Positions 9,298 through 19,577 of a DNA stretch of 64,000 nucleotides are shown here, in pieces. The DNA is from an uncultured virus (IMG/VR IMGVR_UViG_3300021138_000020). Taxonomy: Duplodnaviria; Heunggongvirae; Uroviricota; Caudoviricetes. The stretch lies in IMG/VR virus record IMGVR_UViG_3300021138_000020. One strand, 5' to 3'. A program made the translations under genes and the position numbers. The notes under the pieces were generated by a model, which saw nothing but the letters and a program-made list of their open reading frames with translations, was not told the origin of the DNA and made no database searches. Each line of letters opens with the position of its first letter. Position 1 is the stretch's first letter.

Positions 9298-10289
9298 TGT
9301 CAAAGACATACATTCTAGTAGATACTGCTAATGTTTTTTTTAGAGCCAGGCATGTGGTTCGTGGTTCTACAGAAGATAAAGTAGGTATGAGTATTCATAC
9401 TGTATTAAGCAGTGTGCGTAAAGCATGGCGTGATTTTAAAGGCGACCATATCATATTCGCACTCGAAGGTCGCTCGTGGCGTAAGGATTTCTATGCGCCA
9501 TACAAAGCACAACGAGCAGAGGGTCGTGCTGCTCAAAGTCCTCGTGAACAAGAAGAAGATCGTGTCTTTTGGGAAACGTTTGATCAGTTCAAAGAATTCA
9601 TTCGAGACAAGACTAACACCACAGTATTGCAACATCCACAACTCGAAGCAGATGATTTAATCGCCGGCTTCATTCAAAGTCACCCTAACGACAATCACGT
9701 GATTATTTCGACAGACGGAGACTTCGCACAGCTGATTGCTCCAAATGTTCGACAATATAATGGTGTTATGGAAATTACTACAACACACGAAGGATATTTT
9801 GATGCCAAAGGTAAGCCTGTCATTGATAACAAAACTAAACAAGTCAAAGGCGCACCGGATCCGAGCTGGTTACTATTCGAAAAGTGTATGCGTGGCGACA
9901 CCTCCGACAACGTCTTTTCTGCTTATCCGGGAGTTCGTGAGAAAGGGACAAAGAATAAAGTTGGTCTCCGTGACGCCTTTGCCGATCGAGACAGCCGCGG
10001 ATATAACTGGAACAATATGATGCTTCAGCGTTGGACTGATCACGAAGGTGTTGAGCATCGTGTTCTAGATGACTATAATCGTAATGTTACTCTATGTGAC
10101 CTGTCAGCACAGCCCGATAACATTAAACAATTGATTAAAGAAACAATCGATACTGCTACACAGGCGGAAAAAAGTATTCCGCAAGTCGGTATCAGATTGT
10201 TAAAGTTCTGTTCGGAATATAGTCTGGTTAAGATCAGCGAGCAAGTACAAAGTTACGCAGAACCATTAAACGCAAGGTATACACTATGA
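9297..10289 (+). CDS. rnh: T4 RNase H-like 5'-3' exonuclease (FEN family)
   Basis: LVDTAN, SWRKDFY.PYKAQR, LEADD, STDGDF and GDTSDNV motifs. Confidence 0.92.
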   Translation: MSKTYILVDTANVFFRARHVVRGSTEDKVGMSIHTVLSSVRKAWRDFKGDHIIFALEGRSWRKDFYAPYKAQRAEGRAAQSPREQEEDRVFWETFDQFKEFIRDKTNTTVLQHPQLEADDLIAGFIQSHPNDNHVIISTDGDFAQLIAPNVRQYNGVMEITTTHEGYFDAKGKPVIDNKTKQVKGAPDPSWLLFEKCMRGDTSDNVFSAYPGVREKGTKNKVGLRDAFADRDSRGYNWNNMMLQRWTDHEGVEHRVLDDYNRNVTLCDLSAQPDNIKQLIKETIDTATQAEKSIPQVGIRLLKFCSEYSLVKISEQVQSYAEPLNARYTL

Positions 10290-10768
10290 ATTCAACAGCC
10301 AAAGTATTGATTCCAAATAAGGAATGGTTGGTCCGAGACGGGGCTAGTAAAATTGGTTCTATCAGCAAGGCTAAGAAAGGTTATACATTTTTAAAAAATG
10401 GAAAGCAGATCAGTTTCCAAGATCTTGCAGAAGTCAAAGCACAATTTGGTATCGAAGTCTTTGAAGAAAGCATTAAGAAGATTAAGAAGGACGCTGCCGA
10501 ACCAAAGAATTACAGCATATACGATTTTCCCTGTAGCAGTAAACCATTTGAGCCTGTGTATAGTGTCAAGCAGAAACTTCCGCTATATGCTAAAAGTGCC
10601 AAGAGTAAGAGCCAATATTGTGCAGGATACTATGTAATTAAATTCCGCAAGGGCTGGGTTAAATCATTCTGTCCCAAATTGATCACACTAGAGCGTTATC
10701 CATTTCATGGACCTTTTAAATCCGAAGCGGAAATGAAGGCTATGTTAAATACAATTAATAAATCATGA
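10286..10768 (+). CDS. Hypothetical protein
   Basis: ATGA overlaps on both sides. Confidence 0.75.
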   Translation: MNSTAKVLIPNKEWLVRDGASKIGSISKAKKGYTFLKNGKQISFQDLAEVKAQFGIEVFEESIKKIKKDAAEPKNYSIYDFPCSSKPFEPVYSVKQKLPLYAKSAKSKSQYCAGYYVIKFRKGWVKSFCPKLITLERYPFHGPFKSEAEMKAMLNTINKS

Positions 10769-10986
10769 AACAATTAAACACATTACCAATTGAAGATTTT
10801 TTAGAAAAGGCTCGCATTGCTATCAAGTCTAATCAAAAAAATCTCACATTGAATATCAAAGAAGTTGCTGATTTGCAGAATAGTCTCAGTGTAGTAATGA
10901 CTAGATTGGCAGGTGAACTGGATGAAATTGCCAGTGCTAAATCAGAAGAAACTATTGTTATTAATATGGACGGCGGGACTTTCTAA
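10765..10986 (+). CDS. Hypothetical protein
   Basis: Coupled ORF ending MDGGTF. Confidence 0.7.
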   Translation: MKQLNTLPIEDFLEKARIAIKSNQKNLTLNIKEVADLQNSLSVVMTRLAGELDEIASAKSEETIVINMDGGTF

Positions 10987-11029
10987 TAATTCTGGTAAAT
11001 ACTTATGCACTACTAATGGAGCATGAGTT

Positions 11030-11329
11030 TTGAGCCGTCCTAAACCAAAGGTACTTTTAGAAATTACAAATAAAAAGACTTATAAAACAGAACAAGTTTT
11101 AGAAGCCGAAGCCATTTGGGCTGTTTTCTATCAGGATAAACCAATTAATTTAAAAACTAGTAGTATTCTAGTTCAGCAAGTAGGACCAAAATATAAAAAA
11201 GTATCTTTTTCAAATGCTGGTCATGCTTACAATCTTGCTGAAAAACTCAACAAAACATTCAATACCCAAGACTTCTCAGTTTATAAATTAACCACCGGCG
11301 AGAAGTTAAATGACGAATCAAAAGATTGA
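11030..11329 (+). CDS. Hypothetical protein
   Basis: TTG start with GGAG upstream and TAAATA at 10996-11001. Confidence 0.7.
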   Translation: MSRPKPKVLLEITNKKTYKTEQVLEAEAIWAVFYQDKPINLKTSSILVQQVGPKYKKVSFSNAGHAYNLAEKLNKTFNTQDFSVYKLTTGEKLNDESKD

Positions 11330-11702
11330 AGTAACCAAATATGTAGCAACCCAATTCGGATTGCCTACAGATGATAAATCTTTGAGAAAACTCATAGCCC
11401 AATGGTGGGCAAATCCAAGACACAAAGACAAGGGCGGGCTCAAACTTACCGACGAAGGGTTTGCCAGACTAACTGCTCACATTACGTCATACCCTGTGCT
11501 ATTTGTAGAGCCAATGGAATATACCAATCAATTGGTATTATATCTGGATAACTTTATAAACTGTCCTTGGTATATTAGTAAAAAACATCTCTACGTCTTT
11601 GACGATAAAATGGCTGTCCAACTGGTGTTGTTCGAAGGCAACATTGCCCGTTTTAGTCGTGCTAAGGCAGAAAGCGTAAAAAACTCCTTGACAAAGTCAT
11701 AG
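11310..11702 (+). CDS. Hypothetical protein
   Basis: Overlapping in-operon ORF. Confidence 0.7.
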   Translation: MTNQKIEVTKYVATQFGLPTDDKSLRKLIAQWWANPRHKDKGGLKLTDEGFARLTAHITSYPVLFVEPMEYTNQLVLYLDNFINCPWYISKKHLYVFDDKMAVQLVLFEGNIARFSRAKAESVKNSLTKS

Positions 11703-11716
11703 AACCCTTGTATAAT
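11688..11716 (+). promoter_or_regulatory. Consensus sigma70 promoter
   Basis: TTGACA-17 nt-TATAAT. Confidence 0.85.
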
Positions 11717-11778
11717 TAATACATACTGAAGCAGAGTGCAACAGTAAATTAATTTTTAACTTAACAAGAAAGTTGACT

Positions 11779-12858
11779 ATGGCAGAAAAGATTAGCACAA
11801 ACCGCACCGTTACTCCCAACGAAGCCAAGCGTAGTATCGAAAAGTGCGTTAAGATTCAACGTCCCGTGTTTATGTGGGGCCCTCCAGGTATTGGTAAATC
11901 CGATATTGTTAAACAAATTGGCGACAAACAAGGTCGTGAAGTTATCGACGTTCGTTTGAGCTTGTGGGAACCTACTGACATTAAAGGTATTCCATACTTT
12001 GATGCCAATGCTAATACAATGAGCTGGGCTCCACCTGCTGAATTGCCCACTGATCCCAACTCTACTGCTATCCTGTTCTTGGACGAGTTGAACTCTGCGG
12101 CTCCTGCTACACAGGCAGCGGCTTTCCAATTGGTTTTGAATCGTCGTGTTGGCACTTATGTATTGCCAAAAGGCGTTTCAATTGTTGCCGCAGGTAACCG
12201 TGAAACTGACAAGGGTGTTACTTATCGTATGCCTGCTCCGTTGGCTAATCGTTTCGTTCACTTGGAATTGAAGAGTGACTTTGAAGATTGGCAAGAATGG
12301 GCTGTTAACAATAAGGTTCACGAACAGGTTGTCGGCTATGTTGGCTTTGCCAAACAAGACTTGTATGACTTTGATCCAAAATCATCAAGCCGTGCGTTCG
12401 CTACTCCTCGTTCTTGGTCGTTTGTTAGTGACTTGCTCAAAGATGATGACTTGCCAGAAGGCACACTGACCGATTTGGTTGCAGGTGCTATTGGCGAAGG
12501 TCTTGCTGTTAAGTTTATGGCTCATCGCCGTGTTGCCAAACAAATGCCAAAACCAGAAGATATCCTGAATGGTAAGATCACTAAATGCGACATCAAAGAA
12601 ATCTCTGCGATGTATTCATTGACTGTGTCAATGTGCTACGAACTCCAAACTGCTAGCCAAAAGAAGGTTAAAGATTGGGATAAAATGGCTGACTACTTCT
12701 TTGGATTTATGATGGACAATTTCCCAACAGAATTGGTTGTTATGGGTGCAAAGGTGGCATTGACCAACTATCAATTGCCGTTTGATGCTTCCAAGTTGAA
12801 GAACTTTGATCGCTTCCACGACAAATACGGTAAGTTCATTATCCAAGCAATGGAATAA
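11779..12858 (+). CDS. MoxR-like AAA+ ATPase
   Basis: Walker A GPPGIGKS, Walker B LFLDE, AAGN sensor, PLANRF arginine finger, TPRSW. Confidence 0.9.
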   Translation: MAEKISTNRTVTPNEAKRSIEKCVKIQRPVFMWGPPGIGKSDIVKQIGDKQGREVIDVRLSLWEPTDIKGIPYFDANANTMSWAPPAELPTDPNSTAILFLDELNSAAPATQAAAFQLVLNRRVGTYVLPKGVSIVAAGNRETDKGVTYRMPAPLANRFVHLELKSDFEDWQEWAVNNKVHEQVVGYVGFAKQDLYDFDPKSSSRAFATPRSWSFVSDLLKDDDLPEGTLTDLVAGAIGEGLAVKFMAHRRVAKQMPKPEDILNGKITKCDIKEISAMYSLTVSMCYELQTASQKKVKDWDKMADYFFGFMMDNFPTELVVMGAKVALTNYQLPFDASKLKNFDRFHDKYGKFIIQAME

Positions 12859-12862
12859 AATT

Positions 12863-12882
12863 GGCCCGCAAGGGCCTTTTTT
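12863..12882 (+). terminator. Intrinsic terminator
   Basis: GGCCC-GCAA-GGGCC followed by T6. Confidence 0.8.
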
Positions 12883-12883
12883 A

Positions 12884-12912
12884 TTGACAAAATGTATAAA
12901 TTCATATATAAT
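12884..12912 (+). promoter_or_regulatory. Consensus sigma70 promoter
   Basis: TTGACA-17 nt-TATAAT. Confidence 0.85.
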
Positions 12913-12934
12913 AGTATTTTAACAGGAGCAGTAA

Positions 12935-14209
12935 ATGTCCACTAAAACTTCTACAGCAAATAAAAAACTAGCAAAAACAGAACGCAAAGAATTTTCTCAA
13001 ACAGAAAAGAACAAGATTGTTGAAAAACTTGTCACTGCTCGAATTGGTTTGTTGTTGCGTCATCCCTTCTTTGGCAATATGGCTACTCGTATGAAACTAG
13101 TCGATGCTTCAGAGTGGTGCAGTACTTTGGCCACAGATGGTCGTAACTTTTATTACAGCAATGACTTTGTTGACACACTGACTCCAAAAGAATGTGAGTT
13201 TGGTTTTGCACACGAAGTTCTGCACAATGTATTTGATCACCTAGGTCGCCGTGAAAACCGCGATGGTCAGTTATCAAACATTGCCGCAGACTACGCCGTT
13301 AACCAAATTCTTAAAGATGAAAAGATCGGCGAAGTTCCCAAAGATATCAAAATTTTCCAAGACCACAAATACCGTGGTTGGTCATATGAACAGATCTATG
13401 ATCACCTGTACGAAAACTCCGAGAAAATTTCTTGGGAAGAACTCGGCGAACTGTTAGACGAACACCTCGACGGTGAAGGCGACGAAGGCGAGGGCGGTGG
13501 TGGCGGCGATGGTGAAGAAGTCGATGGTAGCGGCAAAGGTCGTCCACGTTTAACTGAAGAAGAAAAGAAGGCCATCAAGGACGAAATCAAAGAAGCCATG
13601 GTAGCGGCTGCACAGGCAGCAGGTGCCGGGCGTGTTCCTGCAGGTGTTCAACGCTTTATCCAAGACTTTACCGAACCCAAAATGGATTGGCGTCAAATGT
13701 TGCGTATGAATATCCAAAGTATTCTTAAGAGCAACTTCAGCTTTTCTCGTCCAAATCGTAAATCACAACATAGCGGTGCCGTGTTGCCAGGTATGATGAA
13801 CGAGGAAACCATTGATGTCAGCGTGGCAATTGATATGAGCGGCTCTATTAGTAATGCTATGGCACAAGACTTTTTAAGTGAAGTTAAGGGCATTATGGAC
13901 GAATACAAAGATTTCAAATTAGACTTGTTTTGCTTTGATACAGAAGTTTATAACTATGCTAAATTTACAGGCGATAACGCCGATGAAATCATGGAATATG
14001 AACCCAAAGGCGGTGGTGGTACCGACTTTGACGCTTGCTATAACTTTATGAAGGAAGAAGGCATTGAGCCCAAACGCTTCATTATGTTTACAGACGGTTA
14101 TCCTTGCGGTAGCTGGGGCGATGAGAACTACTGCGAAAGCCTGTTCATTATCCACGGCAACGATAGCATTGTTGCACCGTTTGGACAGACTGCCTACTAC
14201 AAAGAATAA
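12935..14209 (+). CDS. HExxH metallopeptidase-like/VWA protein (DUF2201-type), probable MoxR partner
   Basis: ATDG, AHEVLH, acidic Gly linker, MIDAS DMSGS, GGGGTDF, FTDG. Confidence 0.88.
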   Translation: MSTKTSTANKKLAKTERKEFSQTEKNKIVEKLVTARIGLLLRHPFFGNMATRMKLVDASEWCSTLATDGRNFYYSNDFVDTLTPKECEFGFAHEVLHNVFDHLGRRENRDGQLSNIAADYAVNQILKDEKIGEVPKDIKIFQDHKYRGWSYEQIYDHLYENSEKISWEELGELLDEHLDGEGDEGEGGGGGDGEEVDGSGKGRPRLTEEEKKAIKDEIKEAMVAAAQAAGAGRVPAGVQRFIQDFTEPKMDWRQMLRMNIQSILKSNFSFSRPNRKSQHSGAVLPGMMNEETIDVSVAIDMSGSISNAMAQDFLSEVKGIMDEYKDFKLDLFCFDTEVYNYAKFTGDNADEIMEYEPKGGGGTDFDACYNFMKEEGIEPKRFIMFTDGYPCGSWGDENYCESLFIIHGNDSIVAPFGQTAYYKE

Positions 14210-14210
14210 T

Positions 14211-14492
14211 ATGTCTTTGAGCAGAGGTACTGTTAATCCGTTAGGTGTGCTAGGGTTAAGGAAATTAACCTTTATTCCTGCACACTTTTCTAAAATTTCT
14301 ATTAACAAATATGTTGATACCAAATTATTAGACCAGTGGATTACCTATAACTTAAATAGTAGGTATGCAATTAAAAAGGGACTTTCGTTAGACTCAAACA
14401 ATAAAATGGTTGATTCAATCGAAATAGGATTAGAGGACTCCAAAGAACTGCTTATGCTATCTTTAGGATGCCCATTATTACATGACAATTAA
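14211..14492 (+). CDS. Hypothetical protein
   Basis: ATG directly after the previous stop. Confidence 0.65.
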   Translation: MSLSRGTVNPLGVLGLRKLTFIPAHFSKISINKYVDTKLLDQWITYNLNSRYAIKKGLSLDSNNKMVDSIEIGLEDSKELLMLSLGCPLLHDN

Positions 14493-14503
14493 AGGAAATT
14501 AAA

Positions 14504-14755
14504 ATGAGTGATCAAGATCAAACCACACAAGATACAACCGCAGAAACAGCAGCCTCGGCAGCTCCAGAATTGACCATTGTCGATTTGCAAAACATTCGTT
14601 CTATCATCGACACAGCATCACGCCGTGGCGCTTTTAACGGTGCAGAATTATCTTCTGTAGGTACTGTATTCGATCGTTTGAATACATTCTTAAACGCTGT
14701 TGCACCAGCACAACAACCAGCTGACGAATCTACACCAGAAGCTCCAGCAGCCTAA
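14504..14755 (+). CDS. Hypothetical protein
   Basis: SD AAGGA; LTIVDL..IIDTASRRGAF core. Confidence 0.75.
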   Translation: MSDQDQTTQDTTAETAASAAPELTIVDLQNIRSIIDTASRRGAFNGAELSSVGTVFDRLNTFLNAVAPAQQPADESTPEAPAA

Positions 14756-14768
14756 TTAGGAGAAGCAC

Positions 14769-15437
14769 ATGAGCTTTTTAAGACATGTAGGTAAAATGAA
14801 AAACAATAACGCCAAGATCGTTATTGTTTATAGAACATTACCTGGAGATTCCGGTAGTGCACTAGTATGCGGTACAAATGGTCTTCCAGACGTATGGCAT
14901 AACTCTTTAATGAGCCTAGTGCAGGATGCCAGTGCCCAACAGGCCAACGAACTAGCAGACATTCTTGCTGTTCGTAGATTCCCAGATGGTAATCCAATTT
15001 TAGAAGCCTTGCACAAACAAGGTCATCTTAAAAAGGTTCCTACCAATGGTGTGTTGATGACTCCTACTACCAAAGATACCATTTTGTTAAGTGAATTAAA
15101 TGCGTTAATTGCACAGCAAAAAGGTGTTAGTATTGACGAACTAGCAATTACGGACGGGTTCAATCCTACACCTAATTCTAGAAATCAAGCCAAGCGTGAT
15201 GATCCAACTCGTACTACCAGTGCCAGTGTAAGCGGAGAAGATTTCTCTAACGAACCAGAACCAGCAGTTAATGCTCCTGCTCCGGTAGTAGAAGAAGATA
15301 CCAGCAACATGTCTCCTGCTCAATTACGCTCACGTGCTGACAAGTTGTTTAAAGAAGCACAGGTCTTGCGTAAACAGGCCGATGCAATCGATCCTCCAAA
15401 AAGCAAGAAAAACAAAGTTGTAGTAGACGCTGAATGA
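14769..15437 (+). CDS. Hypothetical protein
   Basis: SD AGGAG; 222-aa ORF. Confidence 0.75.
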   Translation: MSFLRHVGKMKNNNAKIVIVYRTLPGDSGSALVCGTNGLPDVWHNSLMSLVQDASAQQANELADILAVRRFPDGNPILEALHKQGHLKKVPTNGVLMTPTTKDTILLSELNALIAQQKGVSIDELAITDGFNPTPNSRNQAKRDDPTRTTSASVSGEDFSNEPEPAVNAPAPVVEEDTSNMSPAQLRSRADKLFKEAQVLRKQADAIDPPKSKKNKVVVDAE

Positions 15438-16318
15438 CACATCCAGAACGTGCATATCTAGACGCATTAAAGAACATTTTAGAGAACGGTGAAGACCGGC
15501 CTGATCGTACAGGAGTAGGTACTCGCAGTATCTTTGGTCTTCAAATGCGTTTTGATTTAACAGAAGGGTTTCCAGCAGTTACTACAAAGAAACTGGCTTG
15601 GAGAGCTGTTGTTAGTGAACTACTTTGGTTTTTAGAAGGCAGTGGTGATGAACTTCGTTTAAGAGAAATCTTACACGGTGATCGTAATAGCACAAAGACT
15701 ACTATTTGGTCAGACAACGCCGAAGCACCTTATTGGGTTAACCGAAAGCTAAAACGTAGTGCAGGTGACCTAGGTCGTATCTATGGCGTACAATGGCGCA
15801 GATGGCGTAAGCCTGTTATCCGAATTAACAAGGTCGTTCTTCAAAATCACGATCAGTTAATTGAGTTGATTGCAGGAATTAAAGACGATCCCTATGGGCG
15901 TAGGCATATCATTTCTGCGTGGAATCCGGGAGAACTTGATTTAATGGCCTTACCGCCTTGTCATATTCTTGCCCAATTCTATGTAGCCAATGGTAAGTTA
16001 AGTTGCCAAATGTATCAAAGAAGTGCTGATTTTGGATTAGGTGTTCCATTTAACATTGCTTCATATGCACTGTTTACACATATGGTGGCACAGGTTTGTA
16101 ATTTGGAAGTAGGAGATTTGATTATTACCGTCGGTGATGCTCACATCTATAATAACCATATTGATCAAGTCAAAGAACAGTTAAAACGAGAACCGCTGCC
16201 ATTGCCCCAATTAAAGTTGAATCCAGATATTAGGGTTATTATGGATTTTGAAATGGAGGATATTGAATTAGTTGGATACGAAAGTTATCCGGCTATTACA
16301 ATGCCAATGGCAGTTTAA
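15434..16318 (+). CDS. thyA: Thymidylate synthase
   Basis: DRTGVGT, ELLWFL, YGVQWR, ALPPCH, YQRSAD, PFNIASY, GDAHIY. Confidence 0.97.
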   Translation: MTHPERAYLDALKNILENGEDRPDRTGVGTRSIFGLQMRFDLTEGFPAVTTKKLAWRAVVSELLWFLEGSGDELRLREILHGDRNSTKTTIWSDNAEAPYWVNRKLKRSAGDLGRIYGVQWRRWRKPVIRINKVVLQNHDQLIELIAGIKDDPYGRRHIISAWNPGELDLMALPPCHILAQFYVANGKLSCQMYQRSADFGLGVPFNIASYALFTHMVAQVCNLEVGDLIITVGDAHIYNNHIDQVKEQLKREPLPLPQLKLNPDIRVIMDFEMEDIELVGYESYPAITMPMAV

Positions 16319-17505
16319 ACTACTAAAACTTCGATAACTCCAAAGCCCTGTGAATTACTTTGCAGGGCTTTTCCTATTACTGAACCTTCAGATACAGATT
16401 TAGCTGCTGTGGCATATCCCGCATAGTCACTGGTAACCAGTAGATCACCTCTTTCAATATAGCCGTGAACTTTGCAAGGAACACGGCCTTTTAAGGCAAT
16501 TGCAGGGTGAGTTTCGTCATTTCCGGCGTCGGAATTCATTAAATAGGCAGGCTTTTTACTCACTATACCCACTACCCTTGTATCAGCAAATTTAATAGTA
16601 GTTGTAACTTCTTTCAATCCGCCGATTACCAAAACAGTACCAACTTCATATACAGCATCGGCTTCATAGCGTTCAGCAAGGTCGGCGTATTGTGCAGAAG
16701 TTGCTTGAGCATTTAAAACACCAGAGTTTGGATTATAATAGAAAGAAGCTGCTGTTTCTATTGTAGTGGAAATCCCATTGCTGTTAGCAACCAATGGGAC
16801 ATAAAAATTAGAGTTTGCAGTCGATACTACAGTGTTTAATCCTCTAGCTGAAATTGCATCAGCAGCGGTTCCCCAGAGCAAATAACCAGATCTAGAATTA
16901 GAAGCACTAACACCTGTAGTAGGATCAGCGCCATTTAGACTAATGCCCTTTTTAATTGATACAAATGAAGTACTTACAGGCTCTGTATTTGCAGGAGTAA
17001 AAGAATAGCTACTGATAACCAAAGGTACAATAGTGCCGCAATAGCCTGTTATAGCATCTCTCGATGCACCTGTATTATCTACAATTTTATTATAGGCCCA
17101 AGAACTGGCGGATGCAGATCCCGATGCAGAAGGAACTACCCAAGCAGTTCCGCTCCATACACTGAGTTGATTAGATGCTGTATTCCACCATAGGTCTCCA
17201 ATTGACGGACTAGCAGGAGATGTCGATGTATAAGGAACATTAACAATGTCTCTAAAACTTGTACCGTTTGTAGAAACTTTTAGCCTATTAGTTGTTTGAT
17301 CAAACCAAATTTGTCCTTGTACAGGTTTTTTTGGAGCTGTAAGATTAGCAAAGTTCTGTAATAAGTAAACAAAATTTTGATCAATAAAAGATCCATAACC
17401 TGCATAATTTCTACCAACAAATGTTAGGCTGGTAGTTTGATTTAAAGATGCATCATTAACTGTGGTTAATGTTGATCCGTCTGTATTAAGTAAAACATAT
17501 GGCAT
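16315..17505 (-). CDS. Tail fibre/baseplate-associated virion protein with C-terminal chaperone-like domain
   Basis: N-terminal TSLTFVGRNY..YG...QNF module; C-terminal AQYADLAERY...IALKGRVPCKV...GKAL. Confidence 0.75.
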   Translation of the reverse strand: MPYVLLNTDGSTLTTVNDASLNQTTSLTFVGRNYAGYGSFIDQNFVYLLQNFANLTAPKKPVQGQIWFDQTTNRLKVSTNGTSFRDIVNVPYTSTSPASPSIGDLWWNTASNQLSVWSGTAWVVPSASGSASASSWAYNKIVDNTGASRDAITGYCGTIVPLVISSYSFTPANTEPVSTSFVSIKKGISLNGADPTTGVSASNSRSGYLLWGTAADAISARGLNTVVSTANSNFYVPLVANSNGISTTIETAASFYYNPNSGVLNAQATSAQYADLAERYEADAVYEVGTVLVIGGLKEVTTTIKFADTRVVGIVSKKPAYLMNSDAGNDETHPAIALKGRVPCKVHGYIERGDLLVTSDYAGYATAAKSVSEGSVIGKALQSNSQGFGVIEVLVV

Positions 17506-17509
17506 AGTA

Positions 17510-18895
17510 TTAATTACCTCGTATCCAGCATACATTAAATGTACTAGGAACTAAATTTGTTTGTGTATCGACTATATTGTTAGGTGCATTTGTTGTATAT
17601 ATTAATGCACAATTTAATTGATCCCCATTGGCCATATATACTATTGTACTAACAGAAGATTGACTAATGACAATAGTTGATATTTTTCCACTAATTAATT
17701 CTGCTTCTTGAACAAAAGATCCTGCTGTAATAGGTGAATTGTTAAGAAGAAGCACTATGGCTCCGCCAAATTGATATGTAAAGTCACTTAGTGTTGCAGG
17801 GTTAATTCCTATGGAAGCATTAACTTGATAATAGCCTGCCTGTGTTGCTGTAAATATTCCTGTACCAGAACCATAAGTGGCTTTGTTACTATGAGAAACT
17901 GAATCATATATTAACGGCAATGTAGTAAAACTGTTAGGCGATGTTAATAAATGTTGGAATGTGGTTTGACTCGCAACAAATACTGGGCCATTAGTTGTAG
18001 AGCTGGCTGGACCCTGAGGACCGCTAACGCCACTAGGACCACTAGGTCCTGTTATGCTTGAACCGCTCGGACCGCTCGGACCTGCTGGACCAGTAGCACC
18101 TCGTGAACCTGTAGGACCCATAGGACCGCAACCGCCCGCTGGGCCACTAGGACCAGATACACCAGTAGGACCACTTGGACCGATCGGTCCGCAACCTCCA
18201 AGGAGACCGCTTGGACCTGTTGCACCAGTTGGACCGCTTACAGTACTAGCTGCACCACTAGGACCGCTCGGACCAGTGACCCCTGTTGCTCCCGTAGGAC
18301 CAGTGACTCCTGTTGCTCCTGTAGGACCAGTAACACCAGATGCGCCGGATACCCCAGTTGGGCCGGTAATGCCGCTAGGGCCGCCGGCTGGGCCACTCGG
18401 ACCTATCGGACCACATCCGCCAGTAGGACCACTCGGACCTACAGGGCCACATCCGCCAGTAGGACCACTCGGGCCGGCCGGCCCTGTAGGTCCAGAGACA
18501 CCACCACCACAGGCACTGATTGCACGATATTCTACTCCGTCATAGAGATTTAAAACACCAGTACCTGGATTGAACCAAAGGTCTCCTGCAGATAATCCAC
18601 CAGGTTCTGAAGTTGCCAATGTTGCAGCCCCCACAGAAGTGAATTTACCATCATACACTTTCATCTTTTTGTATGTAGTATCATACCATAATTGCCCTTG
18701 TATAGGAGCATTTGGTGGTCTAACAGTTATATTTGCAGAGTTAGATAATAAAGTAATTAAATTTTGATTATAGTAAGTACCGTAATTGTATACATCTTTT
18801 CCTACTAGTGTCAGGCTCGAGCTAACAGTATCAACTTTTCCAGAAGGAATAATTGTTAAAATTGTACCTGTATTATTGTAAATGGTATACGACAT
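17510..18895 (-). CDS. Collagen-like tail fibre with C1q-like C-terminal domain
   Basis: Paralogous N-terminal module ([14 protein letters not shown]), long Gly-X-Y tract, and [14 protein letters not shown]1q-like motif. Confidence 0.8.
   Translation of the reverse strand: MSYTIYNNTGTILTIIPSGKVDTVSSSLTLVGKDVYNYGTYYNQNLITLLSNSANITVRPPNAPIQGQLWYDTTYKKMKVYDGKFTSVGAATLATSEPGGLSAGDLWFNPGTGVLNLYDGVEYRAISACGGGVSGPTGPAGPSGPTGGCGPVGPSGPTGGCGPIGPSGPAGGPSGITGPTGVSGASGVTGPTGATGVTGPTGATGVTGPSGPSGAASTVSGPTGATGPSGLLGGCGPIGPSGPTGVSGPSGPAGGCGPMGPTGSRGATGPAGPSGPSGSSITGPSGPSGVSGPQGPASSTTNGPVFVASQTTFQHLLTSPNSFTTLPLIYDSVSHSNKATYGSGTGIFTATQAGYYQVNASIGINPATLSDFTYQFGGAIVLLLNNSPITAGSFVQEAELISGKISTIVISQSSVSTIVYMANGDQLNCALIYTTNAPNNIVDTQTNLVPSTFNVCWIRGN
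18000..18500 (-). repeat. Gly-X-Y collagen repeat tract with 27- and 36-nt near-exact tandem duplications
   Basis: e.g. GGACCAGTGAC(C/T)CCTGTTGCTCC(C/T)GTA x2 and CCACATCCGCCAGTAGGACCACTCGG x2 on the + strand. Confidence 0.85.
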
Positions 18896-18898
18896 AGA

Positions 18899-19540
18899 TT
18901 ACATTCCAGGTGTTAAGCTCTGCACTCGAATTGTGTAATCAATTTGAATTACGCGATTCAAAGACTTTTGTACAGGGTGAAAAATTACATGAGTTAAAAG
19001 AGGGCCTGTTCCCTGACCGTTAGGACTAAATGCTCGTAATCCCAATTCGTCAAATACATAAGTACCATCAGAGTTAACAGAATTATCAAAGGCTAATTGC
19101 CCATTTGGCTCGCCAAAGTCTAGCAAGCAATTAACTAAAATATCGCTATAGTATGCACCAGCAACATGTCGCACCTGCATGAAGTTTCTAGCAGGATCTA
19201 GATCATAACTTTGTTGAGCATCTACAGTTTTGTAATATGTTTGGTTATATAAACTAGCAGCAGATCCTAAATTGTTAGGTGTAAGATATGTAATAATACC
19301 AGTATCATCTACACGACTACCACCATTGCCGAATGCCATTCCTTCAATAGTGCCAAAACCTTGATTGCTAAGACTATTAGCCATTGCAATACTAAAATTT
19401 TCATAATGAATAGCATTGGCTTTATCTACTAGAACAACAACATTGTCCTTTTCTGTAACGTCAGAAATTTTAATATGTCCGCGAACATGGACTCCGCTTA
19501 ATTCATTTGGTTTAGATGTCATAGTGTTTATATTTTCCAT
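18899..19540 (-). CDS. Virion structural protein (baseplate/fibre attachment-like)
   Basis: MAFGNGG, FDELGL, HVIFHPVQKSLNR..IDYT; lies in the tail block with a late promoter upstream. Confidence 0.65.
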   Translation of the reverse strand: MENINTMTSKPNELSGVHVRGHIKISDVTEKDNVVVLVDKANAIHYENFSIAMANSLSNQGFGTIEGMAFGNGGSRVDDTGIITYLTPNNLGSAASLYNQTYYKTVDAQQSYDLDPARNFMQVRHVAGAYYSDILVNCLLDFGEPNGQLAFDNSVNSDGTYVFDELGLRAFSPNGQGTGPLLTHVIFHPVQKSLNRVIQIDYTIRVQSLTPGM

Positions 19541-19577
19541 AGCAGTATTTATGATTAGTATTATGTAGTATTTTTAT

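Noticed and set aside
15434..16318. thyA as a pyrimidine hydroxymethylase for modified DNA
   Set aside because: It retains the canonical dUMP-specific PFNIASY Asn and all ThyA motifs
18054..18545. 163-aa plus-strand Gly-Pro ORF
   Set aside because: Antisense shadow of the collagen repeat
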